Shown: positions 1-9,861, counted from the first letter of the stretch. The stretch is 64,000 bases of DNA from Candidatus Nanopelagicaceae bacterium (GCA_040402375.1 JBBAMR010000001.1:123358-187357), one strand, 5' to 3'. Notes: generated by a model from the letters alone, not told the origin. Numbers and translations are program-made.

Positions 1-207
1 ATCGGAACTTTTGACACCACTCTTGGTCGCCATATCTGGGAATCAATTATTGCAGAGGCTCGCATTGCACTTCATATTCGAGTACTAGAAGGTCGCAATG
101 CGCACCACGTCTTTGAGGCACAATTTAAAGCCGTTGCACGTGCATTTCGTGATGCAGTTTCACGTGATGGGGTCGCAGGTATTCCATCGACTAAGGGAAC
201 TCTTTGA
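1..207 (+). CDS. hisB: imidazoleglycerol-phosphate dehydratase, C-terminal fragment (5' end lies outside the window)
   Basis: Frame 1 is open from base 1. It translates [68 protein letters not shown], a HisB-like C-terminus. Stop TGA 205-207 overlaps the TTG start of hisH. Confidence 0.8.
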   Translation: MGTFDTTLGRHIWESIIAEARIALHIRVLEGRNAHHVFEAQFKAVARAFRDAVSRDGVAGIPSTKGTL

Positions 208-809
208 TAGCGATTCTTGATTACGGTTCTGGGAACCTACGCTCTGCCCAACGCGCCTTTGAATTAACTGGCCACGAAGTTCGTCTTACTGATCAACTTG
301 ATGTTGCAATGGCCGCCGATGGACTTGTTGTTCCAGGTGTAGGCGCATTTGCTGCCTGTATGGCACAGTTATTGGCAATTAATGGTGACGAGATCATCCG
401 TAAGCGTGTGGATTCTGGCAGAGCAATCTTAGGAATATGTGTTGGCATGCAGATTCTCTTCGACTCCGGAAGCGAAAAAGGAAGTCATAGAGGTCTTGGC
501 CTCCTTGATGGTTCGGTTACGCGGTTAGCGGCCCCGGTCTTACCCCACGTAGGATGGAATACCGTTGAACCGGCAGTTGGAAGTGAACTCTTCATCGGAG
601 TCGAAGATGAATCTTTCTACTTTGTTCACTCCTACGCAGTAACCGAGAATGGTAAAACTCTTGGATCTGGCCGCCGTAGCTATACCGGATATGGTGAGAA
701 ATTTATCTCAGCAATCGAATCTGGCCATATTAGCGCGACTCAATTCCATCCTGAGAAGAGTGGAGAAGCTGGAGCAACTCTCATTAAGAATTGGGTGGAG
801 ACCTTATGA
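204..809 (+). CDS. hisH: imidazole glycerol phosphate synthase, glutamine amidotransferase subunit
   Basis: 201 aa. Class-I amidotransferase: N-terminus [12 protein letters not shown], nucleophile Cys in GICVGMQ, C-terminal FHPEKS. TTG start overlaps the hisB stop by 4 nt. Confidence 0.93.
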   Translation: MIAILDYGSGNLRSAQRAFELTGHEVRLTDQLDVAMAADGLVVPGVGAFAACMAQLLAINGDEIIRKRVDSGRAILGICVGMQILFDSGSEKGSHRGLGLLDGSVTRLAAPVLPHVGWNTVEPAVGSELFIGVEDESFYFVHSYAVTENGKTLGSGRRSYTGYGEKFISAIESGHISATQFHPEKSGEAGATLIKNWVETL

Positions 810-1543
810 ATGCAATTGACCGTTTTAGTATCGAGCTACTGCCAGCGATTGATGTGAAGGATGGCAAAGCTGTGCGCCTTGTACAAGGTGAACTTACTGC
901 TCAGAGCCAGTACGGAGATCCGCGCGAAGTGGCTCAAGAGTTCTTGGCTGCAGGTGCGGAGTGGATTCATTTGGTTGATCTTGACGCTGCCTTTGGAATC
1001 GGAAGTAACGCCGCGCTCCTTGAAGAGCTTATCAAGAGTGTCAATCTTAGAGTTGAGCTATCAGGTGGAATTCGTGATGATGAATCGCTCCGGAAGGCAC
1101 TTGCCACTGGATGTGAACGAGTCAATTTGGGTACGGCAGCGCTTGAGGATCCAGAATGGACTGCAAAGGTAATCGCAGAATTTGGGGACCGGATCGCTGT
1201 TGGGCTTGATGTTCGTGGCCACACCTTGGCAGCGCGAGGGTGGACCCGTGAAGGTGGAGATCTCTTCGAAACAATTGAACGGCTGGATCGAGATGGTTGC
1301 TCTCGTTATATCGTCACAGATGTCGCTAAAGATGGGACACTTACTGGCCCGAATTTAGAGCTGCTCAAAGAGGTATGTGCAGTGACTAATAAGCCGGTCG
1401 TTGCAAGTGGCGGAGTATCGACACTGGACGATTTGCTTGCGATTAAGTCACTTCGCAATATCGGTGTTGAGGGTGCAATCGTGGGTAAGGCGCTCTACGC
1501 CGGCGCTTTCACTTTGAGCGAAGCGATCGTGGCGTGTAAATAA
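806..1543 (+). CDS. hisA: ProFAR isomerase HisA; probably the bifunctional PriA-type HisA/TrpF of actinobacteria
   Basis: HisA-family TIM barrel ([26 protein letters not shown]). ATG 806 forms an ATGA overlap with the hisH stop. The ORF-track start at 791 is an upstream in-frame TTG. The gene lies between hisH and hisF. Confidence 0.9.
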   Translation: MNAIDRFSIELLPAIDVKDGKAVRLVQGELTAQSQYGDPREVAQEFLAAGAEWIHLVDLDAAFGIGSNAALLEELIKSVNLRVELSGGIRDDESLRKALATGCERVNLGTAALEDPEWTAKVIAEFGDRIAVGLDVRGHTLAARGWTREGGDLFETIERLDRDGCSRYIVTDVAKDGTLTGPNLELLKEVCAVTNKPVVASGGVSTLDDLLAIKSLRNIGVEGAIVGKALYAGAFTLSEAIVACK

Positions 1544-2301
1544 TGCTCGCCAAAAGAATCATTCCGTGCCTGGATGTAGCTGGTGGGCGAGTCGTTAAAG
1601 GCGTTAACTTTCAAAATTTTCGTGATGCCGGTGATCCCGTTGAACTCGCCAAGCGATATGGCGATGCCGGAGCAGACGAGTTAACCTTTTTAGATATCTC
1701 AGCTTCCAGTGAAGATCGTTCAACGACGCTCTCCATGGTTGAACGAACAGCTGATCAGCTCTTTATCCCATTGACTGTCGGCGGTGGTATTCGTGCAGTT
1801 GATGATGTGAATGCACTGCTGCGAGCTGGGGCCGACAAAATTTCGATCAATACTGCTGCTTTGCGGAATCCGGTATTGATTAATGAAATCTCGGATCGCT
1901 TCGGTAACCAGGTATTGGTAATCAGCGTGGATGCCAGGAGAGCGAGGACTCCTTCGGGGTTTGAAGTCACTACGCATGGTGGCAGGACAAGCTCTGGATT
2001 GGATGCGTTAGCGTGGGTAGAAGATTCAATCTCACGTGGCGCTGGTGAGATCTTGTTAAATTCTATGGATTTTGATGGCACTGCCGCTGGATATGACATC
2101 GAAATGATCTCGGCTGTGAGAGCCATCTGCGATATCCCAATAATCGCAAGTGGTGGGGCCGGAAAGTTGGAAGATTTTGGCCAGGCGCTTGATGCAGGGG
2201 CTGATGCTTTGTTAGCGGCAAGTGTCTTTCATTTCGGAAGATTCACCGTTGGGCAGGTTAAAGCTAGGCTTGTGGATGCCGGATATTCGATTCGCCTATA
2301 G
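1543..2301 (+). CDS. hisF: imidazole glycerol phosphate synthase, cyclase subunit
   Basis: 252 aa with [12 protein letters not shown] and IIASGGAG motifs. The ATG shares 1 nt with the hisA stop. Confidence 0.95.
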   Translation: MLAKRIIPCLDVAGGRVVKGVNFQNFRDAGDPVELAKRYGDAGADELTFLDISASSEDRSTTLSMVERTADQLFIPLTVGGGIRAVDDVNALLRAGADKISINTAALRNPVLINEISDRFGNQVLVISVDARRARTPSGFEVTTHGGRTSSGLDALAWVEDSISRGAGEILLNSMDFDGTAAGYDIEMISAVRAICDIPIIASGGAGKLEDFGQALDAGADALLAASVFHFGRFTVGQVKARLVDAGYSIRL

Positions 2302-2325
2302 CCCTCGGTACGGCAGAATACATTC

Positions 2326-2661
2326 ATGGTTCATCAGATCCCACTAGAGGTTGAAGCGATCTTTAATCGCGGAGAACTCGTTGCCGCGATCGCGCAGGAC
2401 TGTGAGAGCTCACAGGTCTTAATGCTTGCATGGATGAACCGCGAAGCTTTGCAATCAACTCTTGATTCCTTGCAGGTCACATATTGGAGTCGTTCTCGCA
2501 ATGAGCTATGGGTGAAAGGCGCGATCTCTGGGCACACTCAGAAACTATGCGAGATTTCGTACGACTGCGATGGCGATGCACTACTTCTCAGAGTTGAGCA
2601 GTCCGGGGCGGCTTGCCATACAGGTAGTAGATCATGCTTCGTACGTGAGATTGAGTTTTAA
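2326..2661 (+). CDS. hisI: phosphoribosyl-AMP cyclohydrolase (monofunctional, no HisE domain)
   Basis: 111 aa with WSRSRNELWVKG, CDGDALLL and ACHTGSRSCF motifs typical of HisI. Confidence 0.9.
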   Translation: MVHQIPLEVEAIFNRGELVAAIAQDCESSQVLMLAWMNREALQSTLDSLQVTYWSRSRNELWVKGAISGHTQKLCEISYDCDGDALLLRVEQSGAACHTGSRSCFVREIEF

Positions 2662-2662
2662 C

Positions 2663-4153
2663 ATGATGACTCTTGAAGAATTTCGAGCACATGCAAAATC
2701 ACACAATGTTATTCCTGTGTGGAAAACTTTCATAGCAGACCATGAGACACCACTTACTGTCTATAGCAAATTATGTGGAGAGCGTCCTGGAACATTCCTC
2801 TTAGAGTCGGCTGAGCATGGGGGAATCTGGTCTCGCTATTCCTTTATCGGCGTCAACAACCTTGCGACCCTCACTGAACTCGATGGCCTAGCGACGTGGA
2901 TTGGCCGCGCGCCAGCCGGAGTGCCATCTGGAATTAATCCACTCGAAGCGCTAAAGCTTAGTGCCGCTCACTTGCATAGTCCCAATATTTCTGGGCTGCC
3001 GCCACTCACTGGTGGTCTTGTTGGCTATGCCAGCTACGAGATTGTCCGACGGTTAGAGAAGCTTCCAACTCTTGCTCTTGAAGATGTGAAAGTGCCTGAG
3101 ATCGCTTACATGCTAACTTCAGATCTTGCGATACTCGATCATTTTCAAGGATCTATCACCTTAATTGCCAACGCAATAAATTGGGATGGATCATCAGATC
3201 GAGTCGATGAGGCATATAGTGATTGCCTTAAACGATTGGATGCGATGGTCAGTGCACTTATCGCACCAATACCATCAAAAATTATCGAACCACTTTCGCC
3301 CGTTGAACCAGAGTTCACACGATCAATGAGTTCCGAGTCTTACTGTGAAAAGGTAGAAGAGATCAAAGAAGAGATTCGAAGTGGCGAGGCATTTCAGGTT
3401 GTTCTTTCACAACGCTTCGCCATTAAAGCTACCGCCAACGCCCTGGATATTTACCGCGCACTTCGTATTCGAAACCCAAGTCCTTATATGTATCTCTTCC
3501 GATTTGAAGATGGGCTGGAGATTGTTGGCTCAAGCCCTGAGGCCCTTGTAAAGATCACGGGCGATGAAGTCATGGTGCATCCAATTGCCGGCACCAGGCC
3601 ACGATCGCAAGATCCAGAGATTGATCAACGAAATGGTGAAGAGTTACTCGCAGATCCAAAGGAGCGCGCTGAGCATTTGATGTTAGTCGACCTCGGACGT
3701 AATGATCTCGGTCAAGTCTGTGAACCAGGAAGCGTAGAGGTCGTTGAATTTATGCATCTCGAGCGCTACTCGCATGTGATGCATATCGTCTCAACAGTGA
3801 TCGGCAAGTTAGCTAAAAATTCCAAACCTGCTGATGCACTCTTTGCAGTCTTCCCAGCTGGCACGCTTTCGGGTGCGCCAAAGCCACGGGCGATGGAGAT
3901 CATCGAGCGATTGGAACCACTTCGTCGAGGTATCTACGGTGGAACTATCGGCTACTTCGATTTTCAGGGAAATATTGATTCATGTATCGCGATTCGCACC
4001 GCTGTGATCAAAGATGGAACCGCTTATGTGCAGGCTGGTGCTGGAATCGTCGCTGATTCGGTCGCTCTCTTTGAAGATCTCGAATGTCAGAACAAGGCAG
4101 CTGCGGTACTCGGCGCAATAGCAGCTGCAAATTCAATGAAGAGTTACCGATGA
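2663..4153 (+). CDS. trpE: anthranilate synthase component I
   Basis: TrpE/chorismate-binding family (LLESAEHG, HPIAGTRPR, LSGAPK, GGTIGYF, AGAGIVADS). I prefer ATG 2663 (MMTLEEF...), 1 nt after the hisI stop. The ORF-track start at 2570 would overlap hisI by 92 nt. Confidence 0.92.
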   Translation: MMTLEEFRAHAKSHNVIPVWKTFIADHETPLTVYSKLCGERPGTFLLESAEHGGIWSRYSFIGVNNLATLTELDGLATWIGRAPAGVPSGINPLEALKLSAAHLHSPNISGLPPLTGGLVGYASYEIVRRLEKLPTLALEDVKVPEIAYMLTSDLAILDHFQGSITLIANAINWDGSSDRVDEAYSDCLKRLDAMVSALIAPIPSKIIEPLSPVEPEFTRSMSSESYCEKVEEIKEEIRSGEAFQVVLSQRFAIKATANALDIYRALRIRNPSPYMYLFRFEDGLEIVGSSPEALVKITGDEVMVHPIAGTRPRSQDPEIDQRNGEELLADPKERAEHLMLVDLGRNDLGQVCEPGSVEVVEFMHLERYSHVMHIVSTVIGKLAKNSKPADALFAVFPAGTLSGAPKPRAMEIIERLEPLRRGIYGGTIGYFDFQGNIDSCIAIRTAVIKDGTAYVQAGAGIVADSVALFEDLECQNKAAAVLGAIAAANSMKSYR

Positions 4154-4177
4154 AGCGTTACAGATGAGGAGCCATAG

Positions 4178-4327
4178 ATGAGCAAAGTGATTCTGATTGT
4201 CGCGATGATAGTGATTGCTGGTTTCCTGCTGCGTCTCTCGATCAAGGGTGAGAAGAAGCGCAAGTACGACCGCAAACCACAAACCCCGTGGGCGAAACTC
4301 AATGACGATGTGGATCCAAGTCTATGA
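4178..4327 (+). CDS. small single-pass membrane protein (49 aa), function unknown
   Basis: Below the 60-aa ORF-track cutoff. Translates MSKVILIVAMIVIAGFLLRLSIKGEKKRKYDRKPQTPWAKLNDDVDPSL*: one hydrophobic helix followed by a basic tail. GAGGAG (4165-4170) lies 7 nt upstream of ATG 4178. Stop TGA 4325-4327 overlaps the trpC ATG 4324-4326. Confidence 0.55.
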   Translation: MSKVILIVAMIVIAGFLLRLSIKGEKKRKYDRKPQTPWAKLNDDVDPSL

Positions 4328-5103
4328 GTAGCGTGCTCGATTCCATTATTGATGGTGTGATTGAAGATTTAGCAATGCGGTCAATACCGATGCGAGAATT
4401 GAAGGAGCAGCTGGGGGAGGCGGCCCCACTTCGTGGCGCGCTGTCAGCGTTGACTGTAAATTCCGATCTCAAAAAGATCATTGCAGAAGTAAAACGCGCA
4501 TCACCGTCAAAGGGTGAACTCGGCGCAATTGCTCACCCAGCAGAGCTTGCTTCACAGTATCAAGAGGGTGGCGCTAGCGTCGTCAGCGTCCTGACAGAGC
4601 AACGTCGATTTAAAGGCTCGATCGCAGATTTTGTAGCTGTGCGAAATGAGATCATCATCCCGATGCTTCGCAAGGATTTCATCGTGACCGAGTATCAGGT
4701 GATCGAATCTCGGATCCTCGGAGCTGATCTCTTACTCCTCATTGTTGCCGGTCTTACGCAATCGCAATATATCGATTTCCATCAGATGGCGAATGAACTT
4801 GGAATGGATGTACTTGTTGAGGTTCACACAGAAGCAGAGTTAGAACGCGCACTTGAGGCAGATCCGACGATAGTGGGTATCAACTCTCGCAATCTCAAGA
4901 CACTTGATGTTGATCCAGCGGCCTTTCATCAATTGATCCCGTTGATCCCCGAAGGAATCGTGAGGGTTGCAGAATCTGGGATCTCAGAACGCTCAGAAGT
5001 CATAGTTGTTGAAGAGCTGGGGGCGCATGCGGTTCTGGTCGGGGAGACCCTGGTTCGCGCTGGCCATCCGCAGGCAGCAATTTCCAGACTGCTTGGGCGA
5101 TAG
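4324..5103 (+). CDS. trpC: indole-3-glycerol phosphate synthase
   Basis: 259 aa. IGPS motifs IIAEVKRASPSKG, LRKDFIV and INSRNL. Confidence 0.93.
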   Translation: MSSVLDSIIDGVIEDLAMRSIPMRELKEQLGEAAPLRGALSALTVNSDLKKIIAEVKRASPSKGELGAIAHPAELASQYQEGGASVVSVLTEQRRFKGSIADFVAVRNEIIIPMLRKDFIVTEYQVIESRILGADLLLLIVAGLTQSQYIDFHQMANELGMDVLVEVHTEAELERALEADPTIVGINSRNLKTLDVDPAAFHQLIPLIPEGIVRVAESGISERSEVIVVEELGAHAVLVGETLVRAGHPQAAISRLLGR

Positions 5104-5124
5104 TCCTACTGGTACTTTAGGCAG

Positions 5125-6333
5125 ATGAGCCCAACCACCCCGCTTGCGCAATCCGAGATCATTGGTCACTTCGGACCGTACGGTGGTCGTTTCGTTCCAG
5201 AAGCCCTCATTGGTGCGCTCGATCAATTAGCAGCCGCCCACTTGGCAGCGAAGAACGACCCATCATTCCAGGCAGAGTTGAGCGAACTCCATCGCACCTA
5301 CACCGGTCGCCCAAGCATTATTACTGAGGCTAAGCGCTTTGCAGAGCATGCTGGGGGAGCGCGAATCTTTTTAAAGCGCGAAGATCTCAATCACACCGGA
5401 AGTCATAAGATTAATAATGTCCTTGGCCAAGCGCTCCTCACAAAGCGAATGGGCAAGAAGCGCATCATCGCTGAGACCGGAGCGGGTCAGCATGGCGTCG
5501 CCTCAGCAACCGCAGCTGCGCTCATGGGACTTGAGTGCGTTGTCTATATGGGTGAAGAAGATACAAAGCGCCAATCACTGAACGTTGCTCGTATGAAACT
5601 CTTGGGCGCAGAAGTTATTCCAGTTACCCAAGGCTCAAAGACGCTCAAGGATGCGATCAATGAAGCGATGCGCGAATGGGTCACTAACGTTGAGACAACT
5701 CATTACCTCTTAGGCACTGTTGCTGGTCCCTACCCATTCCCAGAGATGGTTCGCGACTTCCATCGCATCATCGGTGTTGAAGCGCGCGAGCAGATGCTCT
5801 CCGAAGTTGGTCGTCTTCCAGATGCAATTCTTGCCTGTGTCGGTGGCGGCTCTAACGCAATTGGAATCTTCCACCCATTTATTGATGATGTAAATGTTCG
5901 ACTTATTGGTTTGGAAGCGGGCGGCAGCGGTATTGAATCTGGCAAGCATGCGGCAACAATTTCAGGTGGAACACCAGGTGTACTCCACGGAACGCGCACC
6001 TATGTTCTGCAGGATAAGAATGGCCAGACCGTTGAATCACATTCGATTTCTGCTGGTTTAGATTATCCAGGAGTTGGTCCAGAGCATGCATACCTGCACG
6101 ACATCGGTCGCGCTGAATATCGCGCTATCAACGATGATCAAGCAATGGAAGCTTTCTCACTGCTCTCAAAGACTGAGGGAATCATCCCTGCTATCGAGAC
6201 TGCGCATGCACTCGCTGGCGCAATGATTATCGGGCGCGAACTTGGCCCAGAAGCAGTTCTGCTTCTCAACCTCTCTGGTCGCGGCGATAAAGATGTCCAA
6301 ACCGCTGCTCAGTACTTTGGAATTCCACTCTAA
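5125..6333 (+). CDS. trpB: tryptophan synthase beta chain
   Basis: 402 aa. [11 protein letters not shown] near the N-terminus, PLP-lysine motif HTGSHKINN, and GGGSNAIG. Confidence 0.96.
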   Translation: MSPTTPLAQSEIIGHFGPYGGRFVPEALIGALDQLAAAHLAAKNDPSFQAELSELHRTYTGRPSIITEAKRFAEHAGGARIFLKREDLNHTGSHKINNVLGQALLTKRMGKKRIIAETGAGQHGVASATAAALMGLECVVYMGEEDTKRQSLNVARMKLLGAEVIPVTQGSKTLKDAINEAMREWVTNVETTHYLLGTVAGPYPFPEMVRDFHRIIGVEAREQMLSEVGRLPDAILACVGGGSNAIGIFHPFIDDVNVRLIGLEAGGSGIESGKHAATISGGTPGVLHGTRTYVLQDKNGQTVESHSISAGLDYPGVGPEHAYLHDIGRAEYRAINDDQAMEAFSLLSKTEGIIPAIETAHALAGAMIIGRELGPEAVLLLNLSGRGDKDVQTAAQYFGIPL

Positions 6334-7139
6334 TGATCGACTTTGATACACCGCTTGCAGAACTCTTTATTCGCACAAAGAGTGAGAAGCGCGCAGCGTT
6401 AATTGGCTATCTTCCAGCTGGCTTCCCATCGATCGCTGATGCCCCTCGCGTCATCGCTGCCATGGTTGATGGTGGTGTTGATGCAATCGAGATCGGTTTT
6501 CCATATAGTGATCCGGTCATGGATGGCCCCATTATTCAAGATGCCGCAGATCAGGCGATTAAGAATGGCACCGGCGCATCCGATGTCTTTGACTTGGTGA
6601 AATCAACGGTAGCTCTCGGTGTCCCAACAGTTGTGATGACGTATTGGAATCCGATTGAGAGATATGGCCTCGATGAGTTTGGATCGGCGTTAATAGCGGC
6701 AGGTGGATCTGGTGTAATCACCCCAGATCTTACGATCGAAGAATCAGCTCGTTGGGCCGCATCATCAGAGCGATCTCAATTTAATCGAATCTATGTAATC
6801 GCACCGAGTACCTCAGATTCACGGATGCCACTTGTTACCTCGCAGTGCTCAGGTTTTATTTATGCCGCCTCTTTGATGGGCGTAACTGGAACACGTAACT
6901 CGATCTCAGGTGATGCCCGTTCACTCGTCGAGCGCATCCGCAAAGGAAGCGATCTACCAGTTGCAGTTGGCCTTGGCGTCTCTAACGGAGATCAAGCGCG
7001 TGAAGTCGCACAGTACGCGGATGGTGTGATTGTTGGATCGGCATTTATCCGATTGATTCAGGAGACTGCGACCATTGAAGAAGGATGCGAGCGCGTTCGA
7101 GAGTTAGCGGCATCGTTAGCGGCAGGAGTGCGAGGATGA
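6333..7139 (+). CDS. trpA: tryptophan synthase alpha chain
   Basis: 268 aa with GYLPAGFP, IEIGFPYSDPVMDGPIIQ and GVIVGSAF. The ATG shares 1 nt with the trpB stop. Confidence 0.94.
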   Translation: MIDFDTPLAELFIRTKSEKRAALIGYLPAGFPSIADAPRVIAAMVDGGVDAIEIGFPYSDPVMDGPIIQDAADQAIKNGTGASDVFDLVKSTVALGVPTVVMTYWNPIERYGLDEFGSALIAAGGSGVITPDLTIEESARWAASSERSQFNRIYVIAPSTSDSRMPLVTSQCSGFIYAASLMGVTGTRNSISGDARSLVERIRKGSDLPVAVGLGVSNGDQAREVAQYADGVIVGSAFIRLIQETATIEEGCERVRELAASLAAGVRG

Positions 7140-7603
7140 AAAATTTCAAAGTATTGATGCCATGGATAACACTCGCTGCCCGATTGCTCTTGGGAGCGGT
7201 CTTGCTCTTAGCTGGCTACCTCAAGGCGAAGTCACCGTCAGAAGCGCAGATGGCAGTTCGAGCCTTCGAACTTCTCCCTGTCGGTTTAGCCAATCTCTTT
7301 GGGCTCGTTCTTCCGTGGCTTGAAATCGGCGCAGGCATACTTTTGATTCTTGGAGTAACCGTTCGATATGCCGCGATCTTTGGTGGGCTATCGATGCTCT
7401 TATTTATTGGCGCCATCTCTCAAGCGTGGGCGAGAGGGCTCACGATTGATTGCGGCTGTTTTGGCGGTGGCGGCCAAGTTGCAGCCGGGCATACCAAGTA
7501 TTTGCAAGAAATCCTTCGGGATTCTGGGCTAGCGCTCACCGCCGCTTTTCTCATCATCTGGCCACAGGGTAAGTTCTCCCTAGATAGAGCGAGTTCCGAA
7601 TAA
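7136..7603 (+). CDS. MauE/DoxX-family redox-associated membrane protein
   Basis: About 155 aa from ATG 7136, which forms an ATGA overlap with the trpA stop. Four predicted hydrophobic helices and the DCGCFGGGG motif typical of MauE-like proteins. The ORF-track start at 7085 lies inside trpA. Confidence 0.8.
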   Translation: MKNFKVLMPWITLAARLLLGAVLLLAGYLKAKSPSEAQMAVRAFELLPVGLANLFGLVLPWLEIGAGILLILGVTVRYAAIFGGLSMLLFIGAISQAWARGLTIDCGCFGGGGQVAAGHTKYLQEILRDSGLALTAAFLIIWPQGKFSLDRASSE

Positions 7604-7639
7604 CTACAAGCAAGCAGGCATCGACTGAAGGAGAGAACA

Positions 7640-8323
7640 ATGAGCGATAAGAAAAACCCTAAGAAGGGTACGGATAATACAACCCGCAATTTGACGGTCG
7701 GAATGATCCTCTTTGTCGTTCTTATTGGTGTCATCTTCTCCGTCGTCTCGAATAAGTCCAATAGCACCGTTGCTGTTCCGGCATCTGTTTCAGCTGCTGA
7801 TGGTTATGGCATCGTCTTTAATAAAGATGCAAAGACTCAGATTGATATCTGGGAGGATTTCCAATGTCCAAACTGCCGCAACTTTGAACAAGTTGCTGGC
7901 GGTTATATCAATGATCTAGTTCGTGCAGGTAAGGTCAAAGCGGTCTTCCACCCGATGACTTTTATTGGACCTGAGTCAATCTTGGCTGCTGCTGCTGCTG
8001 CTTGTACCGCCGATGATGGCAAGTTCTTAGATATGCACTCCGCTCTTTATAACAACCAACCTGCCAGTGAAAACTCTGGTAAGTGGACCAATGCAACTCT
8101 TACCATCCTTGCAATTGGTGCTGGGGATACCACGAAGAAAGTTCAGAGCTGTATCGAAAGTGGTAAGTATGTGAATTGGACGAAGAATGTCGAAGCAGAT
8201 GCTGCAAAGAAAAATGTGAATGCAACACCAACAATGTTCATTAATGGCAAGAAGCTAGATCAGGCCCACTACCTCGACCTTGCCGCGCTGAAGGCAGATT
8301 TTTCAGCTGTTGGGGTTAAGTAA
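7640..8323 (+). CDS. membrane-anchored DsbA-family thiol:disulfide oxidoreductase
   Basis: 227 aa. N-terminal TM anchor (LTVGMILFVVLIGVIFSVV) and thioredoxin-fold active site FQCPNC. C-terminal ATPTMFINGKK resembles the DsbA cis-Pro loop region. SD AAGGAG lies upstream. Confidence 0.85.
   Translation: MSDKKNPKKGTDNTTRNLTVGMILFVVLIGVIFSVVSNKSNSTVAVPASVSAADGYGIVFNKDAKTQIDIWEDFQCPNCRNFEQVAGGYINDLVRAGKVKAVFHPMTFIGPESILAAAAAACTADDGKFLDMHSALYNNQPASENSGKWTNATLTILAIGAGDTTKKVQSCIESGKYVNWTKNVEADAAKKNVNATPTMFINGKKLDQAHYLDLAALKADFSAVGVK
7985..8002 (+). repeat. (GCT)6 trinucleotide run encoding Ala6 inside the DsbA-like gene
   Basis: Read directly: gctgctgctgctgctgct. Confidence 0.95.
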
Positions 8324-8341
8324 TCGCAAAGCCATAATCTC

Positions 8342-9163
8342 GTGAAACTCTTTATTCCAACCCCATCGCACTCCGCGGTGGGGTTGGGTCCTTTAACGAT
8401 CCATTACTACGCGCTCTGTATCGTTGCGGGTGTCGTGGTAGCGATTGCTCTTGGTCGAGCTCGCTATGCACAACGTGGTGGCGATGTTGATGAAGTGATC
8501 GACTGCGCAATCGTTGCTATTCCAGCAGGGATCATCGGTGGAAGGCTTTATCACCTCATCACATCTCCGGATCAATATTTCGGCACCGGTGGCCACCCTC
8601 TGGATGCGCTGAAAATTTGGGATGGCGGAATGGGAATTTGGGGCGCAATTGCGCTCGGCACCCTCGCTTCGTGGCTCACCTTCAGGCGAAGGGAGCGCTC
8701 ACTCACATTCGGCGAGCTGTTAGATGCGCTGGCACCTGGTCTACTTCTTGCCCAGGCGCTAGGTCGATTTGGGAATTGGTTCAATGGTGAATTATTCGGC
8801 CGGCCAACCAGATTCCCGTGGGCGCTTGAGATTCCACCCAACCTTCGGCCGTCAGGTTTTGAGAATTACTCCACTTTTCATCCAACCTTTCTCTATGAAG
8901 CGCTCTGGTGCGTTCTCGCTGCGGGGCTGCTCATCTGGCTTGGTTCTCGCTTCACGATCGAGGGCGGCTCCCTCTTTCTCGCCTACATAGCGATCTACTG
9001 CCTCGGGCGTAGTGGGATTGAATATCTGCGGATCGACCAGGCACATCAATTTTTAGGCTTGCGCCTCAATGAATGGGTAAGTTTCGGAGGGCTAGTTCTC
9101 TCACTCTTCACCTTGTTGCGCAGACATCAAAGATTGAGCGGAGTAGGATTGAGAGATGATTGA
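8342..9163 (+). CDS. lgt: prolipoprotein diacylglyceryl transferase
   Basis: 273 aa polytopic membrane protein with Lgt motifs (IHYYALCI, GGRLYH, GRFGNWFNGELFG). GTG start. Same position after trpA as in mycobacteria. Confidence 0.92.
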   Translation: MKLFIPTPSHSAVGLGPLTIHYYALCIVAGVVVAIALGRARYAQRGGDVDEVIDCAIVAIPAGIIGGRLYHLITSPDQYFGTGGHPLDALKIWDGGMGIWGAIALGTLASWLTFRRRERSLTFGELLDALAPGLLLAQALGRFGNWFNGELFGRPTRFPWALEIPPNLRPSGFENYSTFHPTFLYEALWCVLAAGLLIWLGSRFTIEGGSLFLAYIAIYCLGRSGIEYLRIDQAHQFLGLRLNEWVSFGGLVLSLFTLLRRHQRLSGVGLRDD

Positions 9164-9860
9164 AGATGTCTATCTAAGAAATCTTGAGCACAAGAATGCC
9201 AGCTCTGGTTGGCTGCGCGCTGCTGTTCTCGGCGCCAACGATGGTCTCGTCGCTACTGCATCTCTGATGATTGGTATCGCAACTGCCGCGCCAACTGCCA
9301 GCCTGACTGTCACCGGAATCGCCGCCATCGTGGCCGGTGCGATGTCGATGGCTGTGGGCGAGTACATCTCGGTCCAATCTCAAAAAGATATCGAAGAGGC
9401 CGATCGCCGCATCGAGATTGAACATTTAGCGATTGATCCTGATGGCGAAGAGGCCGAACTCGCTCAAATTTATGTCGAGCGCGGTCTTCCGCTTGAGATG
9501 GCTCGTGAGGTTGCTCGCATCATGCATGAAAACGATCCGCTCGAGGCTCACATGCGTGATGAATTAGGACATTTTGAGCACAATATGGCGAAGCCAACCC
9601 AGGCTGCACTGGCATCAGCGATCAGTTACACCGCGGGTGGCGTCATTCCGTTGATTGGCGCATTAGCGTGGACCACCTCGCATAAGCCGGTTGGGATCGT
9701 GATCGCCACCCTCATTGGGCTCGCCGGAACAGGGATTATCAGTTCACGCGTATCAGGATCAAAGCTCTCAGCGACTATACTACGGGTGGTCGTGGGCGGA
9801 AGCCTCGGAATGGCCATCACCGCCGGTATCGGCTCCCTCGTCCACCTCTCGGGGATCTAG
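9156..9860 (+). CDS. VIT1/CCC1-family iron/manganese transporter
   Basis: 234 aa. Has WLRAAVLGANDGLVATASLMIG, a central acidic cytoplasmic segment and C-terminal TM helices. Overlaps the lgt 3' end by 8 nt. Confidence 0.85.
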   Translation: MIEDVYLRNLEHKNASSGWLRAAVLGANDGLVATASLMIGIATAAPTASLTVTGIAAIVAGAMSMAVGEYISVQSQKDIEEADRRIEIEHLAIDPDGEEAELAQIYVERGLPLEMAREVARIMHENDPLEAHMRDELGHFEHNMAKPTQAALASAISYTAGGVIPLIGALAWTTSHKPVGIVIATLIGLAGTGIISSRVSGSKLSATILRVVVGGSLGMAITAGIGSLVHLSGI

Positions 9861-9861
9861 T

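Noticed and set aside
2570-2662. N-terminal extensions offered by the longest-ORF track: trpE 2570, mauE 7085, the binding protein 18474, rpsA 27719, pgk 40735, tkt 48277, sufC 52726, DUF3099 57751, rpmI 60187.
   Set aside because: The extensions overlap the preceding gene or a putative promoter, lack family-like sequence, and have no SD. Internal starts give canonical N-termini with SD, ATGA coupling or -10 geometry.
7985-8002. (GCT)6 microsatellite as a phase-variation switch in the DsbA-like gene.
   Set aside because: Unit changes of a trinucleotide repeat stay in frame and only vary an Ala run. Six units is short. There is no evidence of contingency-locus behaviour.
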